The translations under genes and the position numbers were made by a program. Of a stretch of 47,738 bases of DNA, positions 8,160 to 18,448 are shown in pieces (position 1 is the stretch's first letter; each line of letters starts with the position of its first letter). Below the pieces are notes generated by a model. It saw only the letters and a program-made list of their open reading frames with translations. It was not told where the DNA came from and searched no databases. The DNA is from a virus (lineage: Duplodnaviria > Caudoviricetes): IMG/VR virus record IMGVR_UViG_3300023283_000032, positions 1 through 47,738 of that record; one strand, given 5' to 3'.

Positions 8160-9479
8160 ATGGCAAAACCGCACTACCGGGCCGGGGGCGCCGGCCCGCA
8201 ACTCGTGCGCGAGGATGGCTTTGCCAACGTTCTCACGGGACTGGCGACCAATCGCGATCCAACGAACAAGGGGCACTATCAGCGCGACCCGCTGCTAACT
8301 GAGCACGAGGTTGAGGCGATCTTCACCGGCGACGGGTTGGGCCGGAAGATCGTGGAATTGCCTGCCGAGGAGGCAACAAGCAAGTGGCTAACGGTCGAGG
8401 GCGACGAAGGCGGCGCGGTCGGTGACGTGATGGAAGTCATGGGCACGCAAGCGGCACTGACCAACGCCTATGTCTGGTCGCGTCTCTATGGCGGGGCCGT
8501 TATCCTGCGGCTCATCAACGACGGTGGCGATCTGGATCAGCCGCTCAACCGAAACGGCATACAGGAGATTATCGGCTACCGGGTGTTTCACCGGCACCGG
8601 GTGCAGTGGACGCAGGCCGACATTGACCCTAACCCGAACTCGCCGGGGTTTGGCGGGCCGCAGTTCTACACGATCCAGCCGATCAACGGCACGCCGTTCC
8701 GGGTGCACGTGTCGCGCCTGTGCATTCTGGACGGTCTTCGCCTGCCGGACAACGAGAGCCAGCGAAACAACGGCTGGGGTGCCTCGGCACTGCAAGGCGT
8801 CTACACCTATCTGCGCCGCGTGGGCGAAGGGCTGGGCTACAGCAACAGCATCATGCGCGACTTCGTGCAGTCGGTTCTGGGCGTGAAGGGACTGACGGAA
8901 ATGCTCGCTGCCGGCCAGGATGAGCAGGTGCGCAACCGGCTCAAGCTGCTGGACCTGTCCCGATCGGTCATCAACGGCATGGTGCTGGACGCGGAAAGCG
9001 AGACCTACAGCAAGCAGGCATCGTCCGTGGCGGGGCTGGCGGACCTTCTGGACCGCAACGCCGAGGCGCTATCGGCGGTTGCGCGGATGCCCATGACAAA
9101 GCTGTTCGGGCGATCTCCGGCGGGCATGAACGCTACCGGCGATAGCGACATGCGCAATTGGTATGACGCGCTGGAAGCGGATCAGAGCCGTTATCTTTCG
9201 CCGGTGATGGAAAGCCTGGTCAGGGATATTTACCTGTCCAAGAAAGGTCCGACGCGGGGCCGCGAGCCGGGCGAGTGGTCAATTAAGTGGAACGCGCTGT
9301 GGCAGCCGACCGATAAGGAAACGGCCGACCTGCGCAAGACCGTGGCCGAGGCCGACCAGATCTACATGCAGTGGGGCGCGCTCAACGCTGATGAAGTGGC
9401 CGAAAGTCGGTTTGGTCAGGGCGAGTGGTCCATGAATACGATTCTCAACGAGGGCGACCGTGGCGAAACGGTTTCCTAA
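8160..9479 (+). CDS. Portal protein (DUF1073-like)
   Basis: SRLYGGA, PMTKLFGRSPAGMNATGDSD; position after terL. Confidence 0.9.
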   Translation: MAKPHYRAGGAGPQLVREDGFANVLTGLATNRDPTNKGHYQRDPLLTEHEVEAIFTGDGLGRKIVELPAEEATSKWLTVEGDEGGAVGDVMEVMGTQAALTNAYVWSRLYGGAVILRLINDGGDLDQPLNRNGIQEIIGYRVFHRHRVQWTQADIDPNPNSPGFGGPQFYTIQPINGTPFRVHVSRLCILDGLRLPDNESQRNNGWGASALQGVYTYLRRVGEGLGYSNSIMRDFVQSVLGVKGLTEMLAAGQDEQVRNRLKLLDLSRSVINGMVLDAESETYSKQASSVAGLADLLDRNAEALSAVARMPMTKLFGRSPAGMNATGDSDMRNWYDALEADQSRYLSPVMESLVRDIYLSKKGPTRGREPGEWSIKWNALWQPTDKETADLRKTVAEADQIYMQWGALNADEVAESRFGQGEWSMNTILNEGDRGETVS

Positions 9480-10281
9480 GTGGCCAACGCCAGACGCCAT
9501 TGAGCGGAAGTATCGGGGGCGTCTGCGGGAGATCGTCGCCAAGTTGCGTGAGCGTGTAGAGGACGAGTTGATCGCGCGCCTGCCCATGCTCGTGGCGGAA
9601 CACGGCGTTAGAGCGGATAGCTGGGTTGATGATATTGAGCGGGCGGTTACTGCCATGTCCATGTCGCTGGACAAGGATCTGAGGGACGCGCAGCGTGAGG
9701 CGCTGGACATTGGCAACGAGGTTTCGGAGTTCAACAAGCGCCAGATGCGCGAGATCATGCGGCGGGCAGTCGGCGTGAACGTCATGCGATCAGAGCCGTG
9801 GCTGGAGGATGAACTTCGATCCTTCGCGAGCGAGAATGCGAAGTTGATCAAGTCCCTGCCTGAAAGTTCGTTGTCGGAAATCGAAGGGCTGGCGCAGCGC
9901 GGCGTTCGGAGCGGGCAGAGTGCGTCGGAGATATCGAAGGCGATCCGCGACAAGCTGGGCGCAACGCAAGCGCGGGCGGACCTTATCGCCCGTGATCAGG
10001 TGTCCAAGCTGAACGGGCAACTTACGAAGAAGCGGCAAGAAGCGGTCGGCATAGCCACCTATCAGTGGCTCACCAGCCGGGATGAGCGGGTGCGTGCGAG
10101 CCACCGGGCCATGGGCGGCAAGTTGTGCAGGTGGGACGATGATAGCGTCTATTCCGACGACGGCGGCAAGACGTGGAAAAGCCGGTCCAGCATCGGCGGG
10201 TATGTTGGGCATCCAGGCGATGATTATCAGTGCCGGTGCGTGGGCACGCCGAACACCGACGCGATACTGCAAGAGGCCTAG
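9460..10281 (+). CDS. Head morphogenesis protein (SPP1 gp7/Mu gpF-like)
   Basis: IARDQVSKLN, DERVRASH, PGDDYQCRC. Confidence 0.9.
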   Translation: MAKRFPKWPTPDAIERKYRGRLREIVAKLRERVEDELIARLPMLVAEHGVRADSWVDDIERAVTAMSMSLDKDLRDAQREALDIGNEVSEFNKRQMREIMRRAVGVNVMRSEPWLEDELRSFASENAKLIKSLPESSLSEIEGLAQRGVRSGQSASEISKAIRDKLGATQARADLIARDQVSKLNGQLTKKRQEAVGIATYQWLTSRDERVRASHRAMGGKLCRWDDDSVYSDDGGKTWKSRSSIGGYVGHPGDDYQCRCVGTPNTDAILQEA

Positions 10282-10284
10282 GAG

Positions 10285-11397
10285 ATGAGCATGGAGCAGG
10301 ACGTGATCCGGGTTGACCGGATGACGGCGCCCAGCCTGTCGCGCACCGATGAAGGCGGTTTGCGAGGCGATGCCGTCGTGTCTCGGATCGGGGTGTTCTC
10401 CTATCGCAATGCGGACGGGACGGAGCGTCGGGAGCTGCGCCACCCTGACGACGTATTTCGATCCGACAGTCTGGATACGCTGCGGGGCATCCCAGTCACG
10501 ATTGACCACCCGGCGGAACTCGTGACGGCCGACACGGCCAAGGACTTGCAGGTCGGCAGTGTTCTGGAAAACTACCGGATCGACGGCCGACATATCGTGG
10601 CGCCGATGACGGTCACGACGCGGGACGGCGTTGAGGCGGTGCAGGACGGTCGGCGTGAACTGAGCCTCGGCTACCGCGTCGATCTGGTCGAAGAAGAAGG
10701 CACCTACAACGGCGAGGCATACACGCACCGCCAAACGAACGTCCGCTATAACCACCTTGCCTTGGTGGCGGCGGGGCGCGCGGGCTCGGCCCGCATCAAC
10801 CTGGACGGCGCGTCCGTCTGTCAATCCCCAGAGCAGGAGATCGCAATGAGCGACAAGACCCTGGAACGGGTGACTCTGGACGGCATCTCTTACGACGCCG
10901 CCCCGGAAGTCGCCAAGGCGCTTGAAAAGGCGCAGAAGGCCGAAGCGAAAGCGCGGGCCGATGCCGACGAGCAGCGGGCCGACATGCAAAAGCAGATCGA
11001 CACCAAGCAGGCGGAAGTCGATGAACTGAAAGCCAAGGTCAAGGACATGGAGGACAAGCGCGGTGATGCCGCGATTGACGCCATGGTCAAGGACCGCGTG
11101 GCGCTGTTGGCTGAGGCGGGCAAGGTCGTCACCGACGACCTGTCGGAACTGACCCCGCGCCAAATTCGCGAGAAGGTCATTGCCGCACGTCACGACGGGA
11201 TCAACCTGTCGGAGAAGTCGGACGACTACGTGGCCGCGCGTTATGATGCCGTGATTGAGGCCGTGAAGGCCGACAAGGCAGGCGATCAGGTGCGCAAGTC
11301 TACTCCCTCGCGTGCTGACTCGCCGACTGATCATCGCGCCGACATGCTGGGCGCGTTTCAGGCGATGTCGAAGCCCAAGAGCAAGGAGGCTCACTGA
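10285..11397 (+). CDS. Prohead protease/scaffold (DUF2213-like)
   Basis: PVTIDHP, ELSLGY, YNHLALVAAGRAG, coiled-coil C-terminus. Confidence 0.9.
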   Translation: MSMEQDVIRVDRMTAPSLSRTDEGGLRGDAVVSRIGVFSYRNADGTERRELRHPDDVFRSDSLDTLRGIPVTIDHPAELVTADTAKDLQVGSVLENYRIDGRHIVAPMTVTTRDGVEAVQDGRRELSLGYRVDLVEEEGTYNGEAYTHRQTNVRYNHLALVAAGRAGSARINLDGASVCQSPEQEIAMSDKTLERVTLDGISYDAAPEVAKALEKAQKAEAKARADADEQRADMQKQIDTKQAEVDELKAKVKDMEDKRGDAAIDAMVKDRVALLAEAGKVVTDDLSELTPRQIREKVIAARHDGINLSEKSDDYVAARYDAVIEAVKADKAGDQVRKSTPSRADSPTDHRADMLGAFQAMSKPKSKEAH

Positions 11398-11840
11398 TGG
11401 CACAGACGAGCGGTTACGTTTTTCGGTCTGACGCGGCGCAAGCCGGTCAGATCTACGACATTCGCCCGTGCACGGTGATGTCCTTCGCGGCAGAGGCGGC
11501 GCTGGACTTCGGCGCCCCGGTCATGCGTGGCGCCAATCCCGAGACGCAGGTCGTGCTCAGTGATGCGTCGGTGTTCCTCGGCGTGGCGGTGTTCACGCAC
11601 GCCAAGGAACAGGCGCTCGCCGGGGGTGGCAGCTATGCCATCGGCGACGCGGTGTCGGTCATGACGGACGGCGCCGTGTGGGTCACGTCTGCGGTGGACA
11701 GCGTGGTTGCCGGCACGGCGGCCTACGTCACCCCAGCGGGAGCCTACACCAATACCGCAGGCGGCGGGTCGAACATTGAGGTCGGCACGTTCCTGACGGG
11801 CGGCGACACGGGCGAGCTTGTCGCCCTCGAACTGGCATAA
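11397..11840 (+). CDS. Capsid decoration/cement protein
   Basis: Size, position before the capsid gene, VSVMTDGAVWV. Confidence 0.75.
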   Translation: MAQTSGYVFRSDAAQAGQIYDIRPCTVMSFAAEAALDFGAPVMRGANPETQVVLSDASVFLGVAVFTHAKEQALAGGGSYAIGDAVSVMTDGAVWVTSAVDSVVAGTAAYVTPAGAYTNTAGGGSNIEVGTFLTGGDTGELVALELA

Positions 11841-11851
11841 GGAGCTTCGCG

Positions 11852-12790
11852 ATGGAATTCGTGAACATGGACGCGGGGGAGACGATGTTCTTCGCTCGCG
11901 AGCTGGAGCATCGCAAGTCGCGGACTTACGATGTCATCAAGGCGCCGCTCAAGGCGTTCGAGCTGATCCCGGTGGACAGCACGGCAGGGGCGGGTGCGGA
12001 AAGCATCGTCTACGAGCAATACGATTCAACGGCGGTTGCCAAGATCATCTCTAACTACGCCAATGACCTGCCGCGCGCCTCGGTGAAGGGCAAGGAGTTC
12101 ACCGCGCGGGTGCAATCGGTCGGCAACAGCTACGGCTACAACCTTCAAGAAGTCCGGGCGGCGCAGATGGCCCAGAAGCCCCTGACACAGCGGCAGGCGG
12201 ACTCGGCGGCGCGCGGGCATCGGGAGAACTGGAACCGCGTCGCGTTCTACGGCGACGCAGAGTTCAACATGCCGGGCCTGCTGACCAACGCGAACGTGCC
12301 GTCGTCCAGTGCGCCGAACGGCACGGCCGGCACATCGGAGTGGTCAACCAAGACCCGAGACGAGATTTTGGCCGACATGAACGCGCTGGCCAACGGGATC
12401 GTGTCGCTGACCAACGGTGCCGAGGTGCCTGATACTTTGGTACTGCCGGTGGAGCAATATTCGCTGATCGCCAGCACGCCGCGCTCCCAAACCACGGACA
12501 CGACAATCCTTCAGTTCTTCCTCGCCAATAACCCGTATATTTCGGCGGTGGAGTGGGCGAACGAACTGACGGCGGCGCAGCTTGCGGCCAATGGCGTGAC
12601 CAGCTTCACGGGCGACGTGATGATGGCCTATCGCCGGGCGCCGGAGGTTCTGACCTTCGAGATGCCGCAGACGTTTGAGCAGCTCCCCGTCCAGGAGCGC
12701 GGTCTGGAATACGTGGTCCCGTGCCACAGCCGGGTCGCCGGAACGCTGGTCTACTACCCGCTGGCAATCGCGTTCATGGATTCAATCTGA
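11852..12790 (+). CDS. Major capsid protein (DUF2184-like)
   Basis: FFARELEH, AFYGD...GLL, PDTLVLP, YYPLA. Confidence 0.9.
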   Translation: MEFVNMDAGETMFFARELEHRKSRTYDVIKAPLKAFELIPVDSTAGAGAESIVYEQYDSTAVAKIISNYANDLPRASVKGKEFTARVQSVGNSYGYNLQEVRAAQMAQKPLTQRQADSAARGHRENWNRVAFYGDAEFNMPGLLTNANVPSSSAPNGTAGTSEWSTKTRDEILADMNALANGIVSLTNGAEVPDTLVLPVEQYSLIASTPRSQTTDTTILQFFLANNPYISAVEWANELTAAQLAANGVTSFTGDVMMAYRRAPEVLTFEMPQTFEQLPVQERGLEYVVPCHSRVAGTLVYYPLAIAFMDSI

Positions 12791-13092
12791 TGCGCGTGTT
12801 CTACCACGGGGCGAACGTCTACACAGTAGCTGGGGTCCGGCTCATGCCGGGCCTCAACGAGGTGGAGGACTACAGGATGGCCGCGTTTGAGGCCAACGCG
12901 GGCGTCAAGGATCGCATCGCGAAGGGCGTCATCACCATTGAGCGCGGGCAGCGCGACCTGACCACAGCGGACGTCGCCGGTATGACGGACGTGGCCCGCC
13001 TGCGCGAGATGGCTGAGGGCGACAAGCGGTCGAGCATCACCAAGGCGGCGATCAGTCGGCTTGAGGAAATCGACGCGCAAGGGGCGGAATGA
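12790..13092 (+). CDS. Hypothetical head-associated protein
   Basis: TGATG coupling to the capsid gene. Confidence 0.7.
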   Translation: MRVFYHGANVYTVAGVRLMPGLNEVEDYRMAAFEANAGVKDRIAKGVITIERGQRDLTTADVAGMTDVARLREMAEGDKRSSITKAAISRLEEIDAQGAE

Positions 13093-13095
13093 CCC

Positions 13096-13419
13096 ATGGC
13101 GGCAGCGGATTTGATCCCAGTGATCGCGCCGGAATTCGCCGGCAGTCTGGACATCATTACCGCGATTGAGATCGTGGACGGTGAGGTTGCCGCGACGCAT
13201 CCTTATAGGGATCGCGTTGTGGCGAACATGGCCGCGCACGTCCTGACACTAGCCGCACGCGGCGGTGCAGGCGGGGCGGTGACGGGTGAAAGTGAAGGCA
13301 GCCTGTCCCGGTCCTTCGGGGCCATGAGCGGCGCCACACGGCTGGACAGCACGTCCTACGGGCAAGAGGCGATGCGCCTCAACCGGCTGGCCTATGGCAT
13401 GAGCGCGAGAACGGCATGA
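13096..13419 (+). CDS. Head-tail adaptor (DUF4054-like)
   Basis: AAHVL, SEGSLSRSF, TSYGQ. Confidence 0.8.
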   Translation: MAAADLIPVIAPEFAGSLDIITAIEIVDGEVAATHPYRDRVVANMAAHVLTLAARGGAGGAVTGESEGSLSRSFGAMSGATRLDSTSYGQEAMRLNRLAYGMSARTA

Positions 13420-13907
13420 ACCGGGTTGAGGACATCGACAAGGGCTGGGATCGCATCCGGCGCGAGACGGAAGCCCTTGGTGACAAGATGGTCAAGGTGG
13501 GCATTCAGAGCGACGCGGGCGCTTATTCCGATGATGATGACGAGGACGCGCCGACGCTGGTCGAGATTGCGTTCTGGAATGAATATGGCACTGAGGGTGG
13601 TGCATCTGGTGGCGGCTGGGGCGGCCCCGTTCCCGAGCGCCCGTTCATGCGGAACAGCTTTGACGACAACAAGTCGGACTTGCAGGACTTCAAGGGCAGG
13701 CTGTGGGATCGCGTGATCCGCGGCACGGTGGACGCGCGGCAAGCGGCCGAGCTGCTTGGCCAGCGCCACGAGGGGCAGGTCAAGGAAACGATCACCAGCC
13801 TCGCCACGCCGCCTAACGCGCCCGCAACCATCGCGCTGAAGGGCAGCTCCAACCCGCTGATTGACAGCGGACAGATGCGGCAGAGCGTGCGCTACGAGGT
13901 AGAGTGA
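13416..13907 (+). CDS. Neck/tail completion protein
   Basis: NEYGT, PERPFMR, NPLIDSGQMRQSV. Confidence 0.8.
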   Translation: MNRVEDIDKGWDRIRRETEALGDKMVKVGIQSDAGAYSDDDDEDAPTLVEIAFWNEYGTEGGASGGGWGGPVPERPFMRNSFDDNKSDLQDFKGRLWDRVIRGTVDARQAAELLGQRHEGQVKETITSLATPPNAPATIALKGSSNPLIDSGQMRQSVRYEVE

Positions 13908-14227
13908 TGGCGTTCGCGCAGTTCAACCAGTCCCTCAGCGTCACGCGCGAGCCGGGCGGCTCCTACGTTGACGGTGTGTGGGCGCCGGGCAGTCCGGTCA
14001 CTGTCCAGATATCCGGCAGTGTCCAGCCCGCCAGCGAGAACGAGTTGAAGCTACTCCCCGAGGGCAGGCGCGAAGATGGGGCCTATGCCATCCGGTCCTT
14101 GCAGGAGCTTCGCGCAGGAGACGTGGTGCCGATCGGCGGCGAGGATCACGAGGTTGTTCGCCGGCAGGTCTGGCAGAATGGCGTGATCCCGCACTACGTC
14201 GGCATCGCGGTGCGCGTGCAGCCGTGA
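13904..14227 (+). CDS. Head closure protein
   Basis: SVQP...LLPEG; synteny. Confidence 0.7.
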   Translation: MMAFAQFNQSLSVTREPGGSYVDGVWAPGSPVTVQISGSVQPASENELKLLPEGRREDGAYAIRSLQELRAGDVVPIGGEDHEVVRRQVWQNGVIPHYVGIAVRVQP

Positions 14228-14715
14228 TCGGGGTCTACAATTGGGCCTCAAGCGCCACGGGTCGCCCCGTGATCTGGGCCTATCAGGACGGGCCGCAACC
14301 GACGCCGCCATACCTCACGCTGCATGTCCGGGCGACGGCGCGCGAGGGGATGGCCGATATCGGCCCTATTAGTGACGAGGGCATTGCCACCATACAACAG
14401 GGGCAGTTGCTCACGGTGTCCGTGAACAGCTACGGCAACGGGGCGCTCGACACGCTGCAAGACCTGCGCAACGCGCTCATCAAGCCGTCCGTGCAGCGGG
14501 CGCTGAGGGCAGACGGGCTCGCCTATGTGGACGTGCTGAGCCTGACCGACCTGCCGGTCATCACGGGCACGACTTGGCAAGCACGCGCGGTTCTGGACGT
14601 CGAGTTCCGGGCCGCGGTCAGCATCAGTGACGACCTAGGCGTGATCGAAACCGTCGCCTTCAATGGCGATGATGGAAACGCTTCGCCGGCTGGCGATACT
14701 GTGGAAAGGGACTGA
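14224..14715 (+). CDS. Tail terminator/neck protein
   Basis: GTGA coupling; QDGPQPTPPY; position before sheath. Confidence 0.7.
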   Translation: MIGVYNWASSATGRPVIWAYQDGPQPTPPYLTLHVRATAREGMADIGPISDEGIATIQQGQLLTVSVNSYGNGALDTLQDLRNALIKPSVQRALRADGLAYVDVLSLTDLPVITGTTWQARAVLDVEFRAAVSISDDLGVIETVAFNGDDGNASPAGDTVERD

Positions 14716-14716
14716 C

Positions 14717-15754
14717 ATGGCACTGAAAGATGTGGTCGATGTGCAGATTTCGCTGGCTGTCAGCGGTCTCACGCGCGTCGGCTTTGGGACATTGCTCTTC
14801 ATCGAGGAATACACGTCGGGCTCTGAGCCTTCGGCGCGGGTTCTTGAATTCGCGGACGCTGACGAGGCGAGCCAGAACGCCGAAATCGGGCAGAACACCA
14901 AGGCTGCGATCACGGCTTACTTCGGTGGCGATCTGCAATCCCCTCGCGTGAAAGCAGGCTACAAGCTCGACACGGAGACGTGGACCGAGGCACTGAACGC
15001 CTGCGAGGCGGTCGACAAGGACTGGTATGCGTTCGCTCTGGACACCGCCACGGCGGCGGACCTCACCGAGGGGGCTGCGTGGGCACAGCCCCGTGCCAAG
15101 CTCTACATCGCCAAGTCGGCGGATGCGGACATTCTGGACCCGCTGGACGACACCGACATCGGCAGCACCCTGCTGGCGGCGGAATACGACAGCGTGGGGC
15201 TGATCTACCACAGCGCCGCCGCAACAGCGTATCCCGACATGGCATGGGCCGGCGGGCAGCTTCCCGAAAACCCCGGCTCGACTACTTGGGCGTTCAAGCG
15301 CGTGCCCGGCATTCCGGCGGACGATTTCAGCGGCTCGGAGATCACGGCGCTGGAAGACAAGCGGGTCACGCGGGTCGAGAATATCCAGGGCGTGTCGCGC
15401 ACACTCGGCGGCTACGTCTCGCGGGCGGCCGTGTTCATCGACGTGCGCCGGGGGCTTGACTATCACGCTCAGCGCACTGCCGAGGATATCTTCATCCTGC
15501 TCACCACCGAAAAGAAAGTGCCCGGCGATAATCGCGGCTCCCTCATGGTCGAGAATGTCATTCGCGGGCGGCTCCGGCAGTCGGTGCAGGAGGACATCTT
15601 CATTGACGACAACTTCCTCGACGTGTTCGTCCCGAACTTCGATGAGCGGGACGTGGCCGATCGCGAAGCGCGGTTTCTCGACGGCTGCACGTTCCAGGCC
15701 AATCTGGTCGGCGCGATCCACAAGGTCGCCGTCCGCGGCGAAGTCCGGGCATAA
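14717..15754 (+). CDS. Tail sheath protein (DUF3383-like)
   Basis: VVDVQIS...GFG, PGSTTWAFK, FIDVRRGLD, GAIHKV. Confidence 0.9.
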   Translation: MALKDVVDVQISLAVSGLTRVGFGTLLFIEEYTSGSEPSARVLEFADADEASQNAEIGQNTKAAITAYFGGDLQSPRVKAGYKLDTETWTEALNACEAVDKDWYAFALDTATAADLTEGAAWAQPRAKLYIAKSADADILDPLDDTDIGSTLLAAEYDSVGLIYHSAAATAYPDMAWAGGQLPENPGSTTWAFKRVPGIPADDFSGSEITALEDKRVTRVENIQGVSRTLGGYVSRAAVFIDVRRGLDYHAQRTAEDIFILLTTEKKVPGDNRGSLMVENVIRGRLRQSVQEDIFIDDNFLDVFVPNFDERDVADREARFLDGCTFQANLVGAIHKVAVRGEVRA

Positions 15755-15765
15755 GGAGCTAGACG

Positions 15766-16200
15766 ATGGCATACGCACAATACGACCCCGGACAGGTGAT
15801 CGTCATCATCGGCGGCGCGCCGATCAGCGGCTTCGCGGACGGGACGTTCGTGTCAGTCAGCTTCGATGAGCAGCAGTGGAACAAGGTCACCGGCGCGGAC
15901 GGGCTGACGCAGCGCAGCAAGTCCAACAACTACGCCGGGAGCATCACCATCACCCTGCTCAACAGCTCGCGCTCCAACGATGCGCTGTCGCAGCTCTGGA
16001 CGGACGATCGTGAGCGCAACGATGGCGCGGTCCCGGTGCTCATCAAGGATCTGTCGGGGCGAACGATCTGGCAGGCGGAAAATGGCTGGGTTCAGCAAAT
16101 GCCGGATCAGGGGTTCGCGAAGAGCGCCGAAAACCGGGAATGGATCATTGACTGCGACAGCCTGCGCGGGCGCGCGGGTGGCAACCAAGCGCTGGCGTAA
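15766..16200 (+). CDS. Tail tube protein (DUF3277-like)
   Basis: YDPGQV, ISGFADG, GADG, ITITL, REWII. Confidence 0.85.
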   Translation: MAYAQYDPGQVIVIIGGAPISGFADGTFVSVSFDEQQWNKVTGADGLTQRSKSNNYAGSITITLLNSSRSNDALSQLWTDDRERNDGAVPVLIKDLSGRTIWQAENGWVQQMPDQGFAKSAENREWIIDCDSLRGRAGGNQALA

Positions 16201-16203
16201 TCC

Positions 16204-16650
16204 ATGCCCCTTGAAACCGAAAAGACCCAGATCGACGGCCTGACCGTCACCGTTCAGCAGTTCGCCGGCCGCAAGAACTTCGATGTGCTGATGGAGCTTG
16301 CGCAGGTGGCGGGGCCGACGCTCGGCTCCGCCGCAGGCAATGCCAAGGGCGGCAACCTGATGGACATGGACATTGACATTTCCAAGGTGGCCGACACGCT
16401 GTTTCGGTCGATGGACAGCGCGCGCGTGCGCAAGCTAGTGCGCGACATGCTGGAAAGCACGTACGTGGACGATCGGTGCCTTTCTGAGGATGTCGAGTTC
16501 GACCGGGTATTCGCCGGGCCCCATATCTGGCGCTTGCCGAAAATTTTGGCCTTTGTGGTGCGGGTGAACTTCGGAAATTTTTCCGAGTTGGCCGGGAGCG
16601 TTTCAAGCCTGCCAGGCGGATCGCAGGCGGATCAAGCCCCGGTCAACTGA
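16204..16650 (+). CDS. Tail assembly chaperone (short form)
   Basis: Between tube and tape measure; VNFGNF end motif. Confidence 0.8.
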   Translation: MPLETEKTQIDGLTVTVQQFAGRKNFDVLMELAQVAGPTLGSAAGNAKGGNLMDMDIDISKVADTLFRSMDSARVRKLVRDMLESTYVDDRCLSEDVEFDRVFAGPHIWRLPKILAFVVRVNFGNFSELAGSVSSLPGGSQADQAPVN

Positions 16651-16811
16651 CCCCGGAGATTGAGCGCCACTGGCCCGTCTGGCGGCTGGTGGCAGCGAAG
16701 ATCGCGACGCTGACCGAGATCGAAACGCACTGGTCGATTGACGACATTCTGGACGCGGGGGCCGTTCTCGATATGCAACACCACGCACAGCACCAGGCGC
16801 AGTCCAAGTGA
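16575..16811 (+). CDS. Tail assembly chaperone -1 frameshift extension (slippery A AAT TTT at 16575-16581)
   Basis: In-frame X XXY YYZ heptamer; -1 frame open to TGA at 16809-16811, reading WPVWRLVAAKIATLTEIETHWSIDDILDA. Confidence 0.8.
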   Translation, partial: KFFRVGRERFKPARRIAGGSSPGQLTPEIERHWPVWRLVAAKIATLTEIETHWSIDDILDAGAVLDMQHHAQHQAQSK

Positions 16812-18448
16812 TCGTCCGTGAGCTGGTTACCCGGCTTGGGTTCCAAGCCGACGACCGGGCCGTGAACCGCTACGAGCAGCGGATGCGGCAGCTGCGCCAG
16901 ACGATGCTGGCCGCTGCTTCGGCGTCTGCGGCTGTCGCTACGGCTGTGGGTAAGTTCGCCCATGAGACGGCGAGGGCTGGCGACAACATTGCCAAGGCGT
17001 CCCAGCGGCTCGGTGTGGGCACTCAGGCCCTACAGGAGCTGCGGTTCGCAGCGGAGAGGTCCGGGGTCGCACAGCGGACGCTTGACATGGCGCTGCAACG
17101 GATGGTCCGCAGGCTGTCCGAGGCGGCGCAAGGCTCTGGCGAGGCGCAGGGGGCGATAAAGGAGCTTGGGCTGGACGCGCAGGCGCTGGCCAACATGGCT
17201 CCTGACGAAGCGATGAACGTCCTTGCGGACGCGCTGAGCGGGGTGGAAAACCAAACCGACCAGGTCCGCCTCGCGTTCAAGTTCTTCGACAGCGAAGGCG
17301 TGTCGCTCTTGCAGATGCTCGACGGCGGGTCCGAGAACCTGCGGGAGCTGCGTGAGGAGTTCCGGGCGCTCGGCGGGGGCATCACCGAGGAAGGCGTCGA
17401 GTCCGCGGTGGCGTTCACGGACGCCATGACCGATCTGCGGATCGGGCTGCGGTCGTTGCGTTTCATGCTGGGCGAGCAGCTTCTTCCGACGCTGACGGCC
17501 ACCACACACGGCATCATCGCGTGGTATAAGGAGAACCAGGTCCTCATCCGGCAGCGGCTTGACGAGGCTGTAGCGCGGATCAGCGGCGTGATGCGCACAC
17601 TGAGCGTGGTGATCGGCGGTGCTTTGGACCGCGTGGAGGACATGGTAGATCTGTTCGGCGGGTGGGAGAACGTTGCCGTTCCGCTGTCTGTGGCGATTGG
17701 CGCGCTGGCGTGGCGGTTTGGCCTCTTTCGCAAGGCGATCATGTTTGCGGGGCTGCTCGCTGCGCTAGACGACATTCGGGCATGGATGGAGGGACAGGCG
17801 TCCCTGATCGAACGCATCCTTGGCCCTTATGAGGAATTTGCCGAAAAGGTGCGAGAAGTTCAGAAGGCCATTTCGGATTTCTTTGAGACGCTGGGGGTTT
17901 CGGAAGAGAATGCCGAACGGCTGAGCAATCTTGCTCTTTCGCTCGGCGGAATGATCGCCCTGACTGCAGGGCTACGCGGGTTCTCAGCGGCGCTCCACGG
18001 CCTCGGCGGCGCGTTAGCGTTCCTTGGCGGTGGCGCCGTTGCCGGGGGCGTTGGTCTTCTTTCGCGACTGGCTGGTGTTCTTCGCCTTGGGCCGCTCGGC
18101 GGAGTCATCGCTGGCATGGGCGCGAAAGGAGCTGGTGACGGCACCACTAGCGGCATGGTTGAAAGTCAGATTGACCCGTCGCTGGAGCCCGGCTCGCCGG
18201 AGTGGCAGCGAGAAAGGCGCCGACTTCAAGATCAACTTCTCCGCGACGCACTCCCCACACCAGAGAACGCTCCCGCACCTGGAGGCGGGAGCGTAAACAA
18301 CAGCCGCTTTGAGTTCAACTTCCAGCTCCCGCCGGGGACGCCGTCATCGCAGGCTGAATACTTGCGGCAAGAGGCAGAGCCGATGTTTCGTAGGGTGATG
18401 GAAGAAGAGTTCAGCAATGCGACGCGGCAGTATCCCAGGGCAGAGTGA
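16808..18448 (+). CDS. Tape measure protein
   Basis: MIVRELVTRLGF start, helical Ala/Leu-rich, hydrophobic segments. Confidence 0.9.
   Translation: MIVRELVTRLGFQADDRAVNRYEQRMRQLRQTMLAAASASAAVATAVGKFAHETARAGDNIAKASQRLGVGTQALQELRFAAERSGVAQRTLDMALQRMVRRLSEAAQGSGEAQGAIKELGLDAQALANMAPDEAMNVLADALSGVENQTDQVRLAFKFFDSEGVSLLQMLDGGSENLRELREEFRALGGGITEEGVESAVAFTDAMTDLRIGLRSLRFMLGEQLLPTLTATTHGIIAWYKENQVLIRQRLDEAVARISGVMRTLSVVIGGALDRVEDMVDLFGGWENVAVPLSVAIGALAWRFGLFRKAIMFAGLLAALDDIRAWMEGQASLIERILGPYEEFAEKVREVQKAISDFFETLGVSEENAERLSNLALSLGGMIALTAGLRGFSAALHGLGGALAFLGGGAVAGGVGLLSRLAGVLRLGPLGGVIAGMGAKGAGDGTTSGMVESQIDPSLEPGSPEWQRERRRLQDQLLRDALPTPENAPAPGGGSVNNSRFEFNFQLPPGTPSSQAEYLRQEAEPMFRRVMEEEFSNATRQYPRAE

Noticed and set aside
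8160-9479. Anti-CBASS Acb1 label sometimes attached to this family
   Set aside because: Size, motifs and position indicate a portal protein
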